Source: Candidatus Eiseniibacteriota bacterium (GTDB lineage Bacteria > Eisenbacteria > RBG-16-71-46). Taken from it: a stretch of DNA of 64,000 bases. Below are positions 57,822-64,000 of the stretch, one piece after another (the first letter of the stretch is position 1; each line of letters starts with the position of its first letter). The notes below the pieces were generated by a model. It made no database searches, was not told where the DNA came from, and worked only from the letters and a program-made list of their open reading frames with translations. The translations under genes and the position numbers were made by a program. The stretch spans positions 32,001 through 96,000 of the forward strand of contig CAVUWA010000005.1 in the NCBI GenBank assembly GCA_963744995.1, in the 5' to 3' direction.

Positions 57822-58167
57822 CCCCGCGCACGGACCGTGACCTCCGCTGCCGGTGACAGGGGCCGGGGTGATCGCCCCGGCCCCGGCCGTCCGCGCGGGC
57901 GGCTGCGAGGCGACGCGCGGCTCGCTGCGGCGGATCGATGCGGGGGCCGTGCTGCTGCAGGAATCGACCCCCGGGCACGCCGGCCTGCGGGCGCGACCGT
58001 TCATGCTGGAGCAGCCCGCATCAGGAGCCTAGGATCCCCAGCGGGACTTCGAGCGTTCCCGTGCAGGGCAGGTGGCGAAAGCGAGTGGGCATGAGGGCCG
58101 GTCTGGATTCACCGACATCAGGACATCTCCGCCATCGGCCGGTCCGTGATCCGCGGGCCCACCCTCG

Positions 58168-59859
58168 ATGACGCGCGCCCTTTCGCCACGCGCCCGGGCC
58201 GTGCTGCTCGCCGGCCTCGCCTTCCTGCTGCTGGTGAGTGGTCTCGAGCTGTTCATGGTGCTGCGCTTCAACCACGGCACGCTGGTCTACACGCTGGATG
58301 ACCCCTACATCCACATGGCCCTCGCGGAACACATCCGTCACGGCCACTACGGCGTCAATGCCGGAGAGTTCTCCTCTCCCTCATCCAGCATCCTGTGGCC
58401 GTTCCTGATCGTGCCCTTCGCATCGCTCGAGTACGGTCCGCTCGTCTTCAACCTCCTCGCGGCGCTGGCCACCGTGTTCGTCTACGCGCGCATCCTCGAG
58501 GGGTCGCTTCCCGCGGCCTTCGAGGGCGCCGGACGCCTGATCGGCGCCCTGTTCCTGATTCTGCTGATTCTCGCCACCAACGTGATCGGCCTGGTGTTCA
58601 CCGGGATGGAGCATTCGCTGCAGCTGCTCGCCGTTGCGGTCGTCGCCTGGGGCCTGATCCTCGAAGGCGAACACGGCGTCGTGCACCCGTGGCTCGTGGC
58701 GGCGCTGATCGTGGCGCCCCTCGTCCGCTACGAGAACCTCGCCGTTTCCGTGGCGGCGGCGGTCTACCTCGCGGTGCGCGGCCACGCCAGAGTCGCGGCG
58801 CTCTCGACCCTGGCGATCGCCGCATGGATCGGCGGCTTTTCGCTCTTCCTGATGCGCCTCGGCCTCGATCCCCTGCCGGAATCGGTGGTCGCGAAATCGA
58901 GCGTCGTGGGCAGCGGGCACGTTCTGGACTCCGTCCTGCGCAACGTGTGGGCGACGGTGCACGACAGACAGGGGGCACTGCTCCTGCTCGGCACCCTGGG
59001 CGCTCTGGCGTTCTGGTTCTTCGGACGGGACCGGAAGGTGCGGGCGGTGCTGGCGACTGCCATCGCCGTGCCGCTGCACGCGGTGGCAGGACAATCCGGC
59101 TGGTACCACCGGTACGAGATCTACATCTGGGGGTTCTGCGTCCTGTTGTGGCTGCATGCTGCGGCGCCTGCTCTCGCCGGACTCCTGGGGCGCGACGCGC
59201 CGCGTCGCGACCGCCTGGGCGCCGTCGCCATGGTGACCTGCGCCGCGGCAATCGCCGGCGCCCCCTACATCGTCGGACTGTTCACGCTGCCGTACGCCGC
59301 GAACAACATCTACGATCAGCAATACCAGATGCACCGGTTCGCGGTCGGCTACTACGGAAAGCCGGTCGCCGTGAACGACCTCGGTTACGTGTCCTACAAG
59401 AATGACGCCTACGTGCTGGATCTCTGGGGCCTCGGGTCCCGTGACGCGCTGCGCGCCCGCACCCGCGGCGCGGGCGGCACATGGATGGCGCGTCTCGCCG
59501 CGGAACATCACGTCGAGATGGCGATGCTCTACGAGGCCTGGTTCCAGCCCCTGCCCCCCGACTGGATCAAGGTGGGCGACCTGACGCTGAGCGGAAAGCT
59601 GGTTACCCCGGCGTCCGCTACGGTGGCGTTCTACGCGACCCACCGGAGTGCATATGCGGGCATCCTGAAGCAGGCCCGGGCCTTCGCGCGCACGCTCCCG
59701 GAGGGCGCACGTTTCACCTTCGTGGAGGATCGCCCCGGCGGCGTCACGGCGGCGGCGGGCGGGGGCACGGGCGCCCGCACGACCACCGGGGCGGCGGCGC
59801 CGGACGGTGCCGGGCCCCGCGTCGCTGGATCGCAACCTTCACCGGAGGTGACGCCATGA
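58168..59859 (+). CDS. polytopic membrane protein, putative GT-C glycosyltransferase
   Basis: First TM followed by TLDDPYIH, SS.LW, TGMEH, VRYE; about 11 hydrophobic segments and a soluble C-terminal domain (DLWGL). Confidence 0.7.
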   Translation: MTRALSPRARAVLLAGLAFLLLVSGLELFMVLRFNHGTLVYTLDDPYIHMALAEHIRHGHYGVNAGEFSSPSSSILWPFLIVPFASLEYGPLVFNLLAALATVFVYARILEGSLPAAFEGAGRLIGALFLILLILATNVIGLVFTGMEHSLQLLAVAVVAWGLILEGEHGVVHPWLVAALIVAPLVRYENLAVSVAAAVYLAVRGHARVAALSTLAIAAWIGGFSLFLMRLGLDPLPESVVAKSSVVGSGHVLDSVLRNVWATVHDRQGALLLLGTLGALAFWFFGRDRKVRAVLATAIAVPLHAVAGQSGWYHRYEIYIWGFCVLLWLHAAAPALAGLLGRDAPRRDRLGAVAMVTCAAAIAGAPYIVGLFTLPYAANNIYDQQYQMHRFAVGYYGKPVAVNDLGYVSYKNDAYVLDLWGLGSRDALRARTRGAGGTWMARLAAEHHVEMAMLYEAWFQPLPPDWIKVGDLTLSGKLVTPASATVAFYATHRSAYAGILKQARAFARTLPEGARFTFVEDRPGGVTAAAGGGTGARTTTGAAAPDGAGPRVAGSQPSPEVTP

Positions 59860-60572
59860 ATGGACGAGCAGGAGCGGCGGCATGGATCGCACTCGCCGGA
59901 CTGGCAGGCGGTGCCGCATGCGGATGCCTTCCCCGGGACAAGCCCACGACGACGGCGCCGCAGTCGGGCGTCGATCGCTGCGGGGCGGTGGCGCTTCCCC
60001 GCATGGTCGTCTTCGAGCGGGCCCCGCTCGACGTGGGCACCTGGACCTTCCGGGCGACGTTGCAGGCGGTGATCCCACCTCCCGACTCCGGCCTCACCGA
60101 TCTGGTGCTGGCCGAGTCCGGCGGCGGCCGCCGCCAGGTGGCGTTCGCCTCCCCCACGGGCCTGCCGCCCGTGAACGAGGGAGAGAGCTACGCGTTCCGG
60201 CTCGACTACGTGGGCGGCGCACCGGACGCGACCGCGATCGTGATCCGCGACGGCGAAGGGCTGTTGTACGCCGCGGCGACCGATCAGCGCCCCGGCGCCG
60301 CCGTGCTTCGTGACGGCCTGCCCGGGTTCACGCTGTCGCTCCTTCCCGCCGAATGCGGGAGCCGCCTCGAGAGCGAGTGCTACGAAGCCGTTCGCAACCT
60401 CGGCCTCGCGGTCGAGCACGCGGGGCGACGGGTCGTGTTGTTCCAGGGCGAGTCGGCCGTTCTCGACGACTATCGGGTGGACTGCCTCATCGCGCAGGAG
60501 GTCACGTACAGTTCCCGTTGCGCCGACGCGGGGCTGCCCGGGGTTTCGTATGTGATCACGCGCCTTCGATAG
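59856..60572 (+). CDS. hypothetical lipoprotein
   Basis: GGAGG RBS, ATGA overlap, lipobox-like AACGC, several Cys. Confidence 0.7.
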   Translation: MNGRAGAAAWIALAGLAGGAACGCLPRDKPTTTAPQSGVDRCGAVALPRMVVFERAPLDVGTWTFRATLQAVIPPPDSGLTDLVLAESGGGRRQVAFASPTGLPPVNEGESYAFRLDYVGGAPDATAIVIRDGEGLLYAAATDQRPGAAVLRDGLPGFTLSLLPAECGSRLESECYEAVRNLGLAVEHAGRRVVLFQGESAVLDDYRVDCLIAQEVTYSSRCADAGLPGVSYVITRLR

Positions 60573-60594
60573 ACGGGGTTCGGAACGTGACGAA

Positions 60595-60630
60595 CACGCG
60601 GCCGGCGCCACCATGGGCGCCGGCCGCGTG
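60595..60630. terminator. intrinsic terminator between convergent genes
   Basis: Perfect 15-bp stem cacgcggccggcgcc / ggcgccggccgcgtg with a 6-nt loop, followed by ggcttt. Confidence 0.65.
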
Positions 60631-60649
60631 GGCTTTCGTGCCGCCTCCC

Positions 60650-63600
60650 TCACGGCATGAGAAGTGCCTTCTTCACGAACGACCTCGAACCGGTCGCCAT
60701 GCGGATGAAGTAGATCCCCTGGGGGCTCGCCCGGCCGGTGTCATCGCGGCCATCCCAGACCACGGTGTGCAGGCCCGCCGCAAAACGGCCGCGGGCGAGC
60801 GAGCGCACCAGCGCCCCGCGCACGTCGTAGACCCCCAGCTCGACCGACGCCTCCTCGGCCAGACTGAGATCGATCGCCGTGCTGCCTGCGAACGGATTCG
60901 GCCGCGCGCCTCTCAGGGCGGTGACGCCGACCCAGGTCCCTGCGTTCTCCACGGTCGCGTCGGAGAGCTCAACAGGATCCCCGGCGGCGACATCGCCGGT
61001 GATCACCTCGGGCGCCTCTTCGGCCGCGCCGGGCTCGAGCGCTGCGGACGTCTCCTCCGGCACGTCCCAGGTCCAGGCCGCGGCGAGCAGCGTCGGCGAC
61101 GCAACCACCGATTCCGTCGTGCTCTCCACGCTGAGCAGCAGGTAGCCCAGCCCGTTCTGCAGTTCGTAGCGGAACCCGACCGGGCCGTCCTCGATCGTCG
61201 AAGCGGACTTCAACGCCAGCACGTCCGCGGTGGAGAAGGCGAACAGCGCATCGCGGTCCCCGTCACCGTCGAAGTCCGTCAGGGCCATCCGCGTCGGCAT
61301 CACGACACCCTGCAGGTTGCCCACCATGGCCAGGTGCCGATCGATCGAGCCGGCATACACGAGCGGCTGGGTTTCCCCGACGTCCAGGGTCACATCGCCC
61401 GTGATTCCGTCCGTCACCACGTCTCCCACCCCGATGGTGCTCGGGCTCCCGCCCGCCGTCGGACCTGCCGAGGAAGGCACCGCCAGCACGAACTCGCTCA
61501 CGGCCGGATCGAGCAGGCCCTCTGCGGTGAATCCGGAGTACGCGACGGCGTTGGCGCCCCGGTCGTGCGGAACGCGCACACACACCGTATCGCTCGCGGT
61601 GTTTCCCGACATGTCCATCGCGGTGTAGATGATCGTGTACTTGCGTCCCGGTTTGTTGCCGCCCTGCCGCTCCGAGCGCAGGCTGAAGGCCACGTCCGCG
61701 GTGCCGTAGTCGGCGTCCTGGATGTCGTTCTCGGTGTCGCCGTCACCGGTGCCGTTGTCGGGCTCGCTCGAAGTGATCGAGGTCAGCACGAACGTCGGAT
61801 TCGGATCGCAGATGTCGGTCACCGTCACGTCCGCCTCGATGAGCGCCAACATGTGGTTCGGCGGCCAGAGGATGTCGCGGCTCAGGGCCACCTCGATGTC
61901 CGGCGGCGTGGTGTCGACGACCTCGACGTCGGCCTGGCACTGGCTCGAGTTGAGGCTGACGTCCGTCGCCGTGAACGTCACCGTCGTGGTCCCGAGCGCG
62001 AAGTCGTCCGGCGCGTCATCGTCGATGGTCGGCGACGGATCGCAGGCGTCGGTTGCGGACGCTCCGGCGAGGAACGCGACGATCGCCGGATCGGTCTTGG
62101 GCACACCGGTGTGCGACGTGCATTCGACCGTGATGCCGTCGGGACACGCGATCATCGGGGCCGTGGTGTCGACGATCTCGATACTCACCACGTCCTGATC
62201 GCTCTGGTAGCCGTCGTTCACGGTCAGGGTGACCACGGTCGTGCCGAGCGGGAACGTTGCGGTCGGTTTGGCGGCGTTGGGATCGTCGAAGCTGATTCCC
62301 GTCGCCGACCACGAATAGCTCAGCGCGTCACCATCCGGGTCGCTCGAGGCCGTGCCGTCCAGCATCACCGACCTGCCGAGGTGCGAGTTGCACTCCAACT
62401 GCTGGTTGGATCCCGCGTCGGCGACCGGCGGCCGGTTGACCGTGATCGCGAAGTTCTCGCCCAGGTAGGGCCCGGTCGAAGGCGAGCTCGTGTTGCGACC
62501 CTCCACCGCCCACAGCACGCTGTGGACCGGGCCGAGCACGGCGATCTCGCCGTTGCTGAGCATGTGCGAGGGGCTCCCGAGCCCGGGGACCGTGAGCACC
62601 TTGGCCTTGGTGGCGGCGTTGTAGAACACCAGATCGAAGCTGTTTCCGGCGAAACCACCGCAGCCGACGCGGGAGTTCCAGCTGAAGTTCCGGTTCGAGG
62701 TCGGTGTCACGAGGCTCGCCGCGGCCGGGGCGAGCAGATCCGGGCCGATCAGATGGTCGGCGGCGACCATGCCGTAGAGCAGGTCGTCGCTGTTGCCGAG
62801 GGGCGCCCGCAGGGCGGCCCAGGCCGAGGAGAGGATCGTCGGATTGGCCGCTTTCACCCGGTTGAACAGCGTCAGATGATCGACGGAGACGTTGTCACGG
62901 CCATCCGACGCGTTGTCGAAGAGGTCCCAGAACGTCGTCATCACGGCGCGCTCGTTGTCCTCACCGCCGAACGCGAACTGGTTCTCCAGGTCATAGGTCA
63001 GGCTGGCATCCTCGAGGTCCGCGTAACCCGAATCGCCGACGCGCGGCACGCCCAGGCTCGCCAGTCCGAGGACCGTCTGTGCCGAGGTGCCGAAGTAGGT
63101 GGGCCAGCCCTCGCCCCAGGCGAGGCGATTGCCCTCGCTCTTGCTGGGCCGGACGTCCGCGTCGCAGTTGGCGCTGCTGTGCGGTCCGCCGGGGTTGTTC
63201 TCGATGTTGAAGTAGTCCATCACATAGTGGCCGTACTCGTGATGGATCACGTCCCAGTCCCAGCGGTCGCCGGTGCCGATGTTGAAGTGGGACCCGTCCG
63301 CCGCGTAGAAGGACCCGCTGCCGCCCGGCCATTCGAGCGGCTTGTAGGGCAGAAACGCGTTGCCGTTCAGGTAGTAGGCGTAGGCGGCGATGTACGAGGC
63401 GCCGGTGAGGATCCCGCATGCGGAGTTCGTGCCGTTGTTGTTGAACGTGAAGTTCTCGGTGATGACGGCGCCGTCGGCCACGTCGTTCGTGACTCCGGAC
63501 TCGCGTCGGTAGGTGTCGCCGCCCCCCGCCGGCCGCACGCCGACCTGGCCGTTTTCCAGGATCACGCGCACGAAGATGTCGCGGCCGCCCGCGAGCGGAC

Positions 63601-64000
63601 CGTCATCGTTGTCCACGACGAACGAGTAGAGCCCGTCGACGTTGGTCACCGCATCGGCCACCAGTTCCGAGCCGATCGTCTCGTCGTCACGGACCTGCAC
63701 CCAGCAGCCGTAGCAGGGGTGGGAAGTCCCGTTCTCGTCGAGCCAGTTGACGGCTCCCTGAACGGTGATGTTGGCGGCGACGCCCTCGACTCCCAGCGTG
63801 GCGACCGCGTTCTCGCCGCTCGGCGGAACCGTGAGCCGTGGCAGGGTGCCCACCTCCCCGGCGGCGAAGCGCTGCTGGGTGTTCAGACGCGAGGCGTCCT
63901 GGTCGATCTGCACGGGGGTCGTGGTCACGCGCGCGATCTCGAGCCCGGCCTCATCGGGCGTGAGCAGGCCCGCCTGGGCTTCCGCGCGGATCGCCTGCAC
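60650..64000 (-). CDS. secreted HExxH zinc metalloprotease with PKD/HYR-like domains and CTD, 5' end outside window
   Basis: DVIHHEYGH plus WGEGWP (third ligand Glu); NRPPVADAG..DPDGD (PKD-like), DTTAP (HYR-like), LWPPNH module, PNPF...WDGRD...GIYFIR. Confidence 0.88.
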   Translation of the reverse strand: MQAIRAEAQAGLLTPDEAGLEIARVTTTPVQIDQDASRLNTQQRFAAGEVGTLPRLTVPPSGENAVATLGVEGVAANITVQGAVNWLDENGTSHPCYGCWVQVRDDETIGSELVADAVTNVDGLYSFVVDNDDGPLAGGRDIFVRVILENGQVGVRPAGGGDTYRRESGVTNDVADGAVITENFTFNNNGTNSACGILTGASYIAAYAYYLNGNAFLPYKPLEWPGGSGSFYAADGSHFNIGTGDRWDWDVIHHEYGHYVMDYFNIENNPGGPHSSANCDADVRPSKSEGNRLAWGEGWPTYFGTSAQTVLGLASLGVPRVGDSGYADLEDASLTYDLENQFAFGGEDNERAVMTTFWDLFDNASDGRDNVSVDHLTLFNRVKAANPTILSSAWAALRAPLGNSDDLLYGMVAADHLIGPDLLAPAAASLVTPTSNRNFSWNSRVGCGGFAGNSFDLVFYNAATKAKVLTVPGLGSPSHMLSNGEIAVLGPVHSVLWAVEGRNTSSPSTGPYLGENFAITVNRPPVADAGSNQQLECNSHLGRSVMLDGTASSDPDGDALSYSWSATGISFDDPNAAKPTATFPLGTTVVTLTVNDGYQSDQDVVSIEIVDTTAPMIACPDGITVECTSHTGVPKTDPAIVAFLAGASATDACDPSPTIDDDAPDDFALGTTTVTFTATDVSLNSSQCQADVEVVDTTPPDIEVALSRDILWPPNHMLALIEADVTVTDICDPNPTFVLTSITSSEPDNGTGDGDTENDIQDADYGTADVAFSLRSERQGGNKPGRKYTIIYTAMDMSGNTASDTVCVRVPHDRGANAVAYSGFTAEGLLDPAVSEFVLAVPSSAGPTAGGSPSTIGVGDVVTDGITGDVTLDVGETQPLVYAGSIDRHLAMVGNLQGVVMPTRMALTDFDGDGDRDALFAFSTADVLALKSASTIEDGPVGFRYELQNGLGYLLLSVESTTESVVASPTLLAAAWTWDVPEETSAALEPGAAEEAPEVITGDVAAGDPVELSDATVENAGTWVGVTALRGARPNPFAGSTAIDLSLAEEASVELGVYDVRGALVRSLARGRFAAGLHTVVWDGRDDTGRASPQGIYFIRMATGSRSFVKKALLMP

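Overview
Very GC-rich bacterial chromosome segment, densely coding, with no CRISPR array, integrase, transposase or rRNA that I can see. The many secreted proteins ending in an FlgD-Ig/T9SS-like C-terminal domain (CTD) or in a short TWGRxKxLYR tail suggest Ca. Eisenbacteria or a related FCB-adjacent lineage (inference). In order, the window holds: a partial SDR epimerase; tRNA-Glu(CTC), tRNA-Gln(CTG) and gltX; a ~1570-aa gingipain-like C25 protease broken by two +1 frameshifts; a family-5 SBP; an Xaa-Pro peptidase / UvrD-nuclease / suhB operon; a deletion-collapsed secreted-protein pseudogene facing a DUF222-like HNH endonuclease with a RuvA-domain-III-like tail; a receiver protein and a TPR-GWxTD-like protein; an ArsR/SmtB-led Fet-like metal locus (FTR1-DUF2318 fusion, two MacB/FtsX permeases, an ABC ATPase fused to a DtxR-type metal domain, a rhodanese-methyltransferase); an RND pump; an alpha-glucan locus (GH13, GH57, MalEFG-like); a PP-loop protein; rhodanese + MauE/DoxX; FG-GAP propeller proteins; an ABC + two-component cluster; several hypothetical exported proteins; a GT-C-like membrane protein; and a partial HExxH metalloprotease. 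The best candidates for new biology are the HNH-RuvA-CTD fusion, a second short C-terminal sorting signal running in parallel to the Ig-like CTD, and the metal-gated Fet-like transporter. All family calls come from motifs read by eye; no database search was run.
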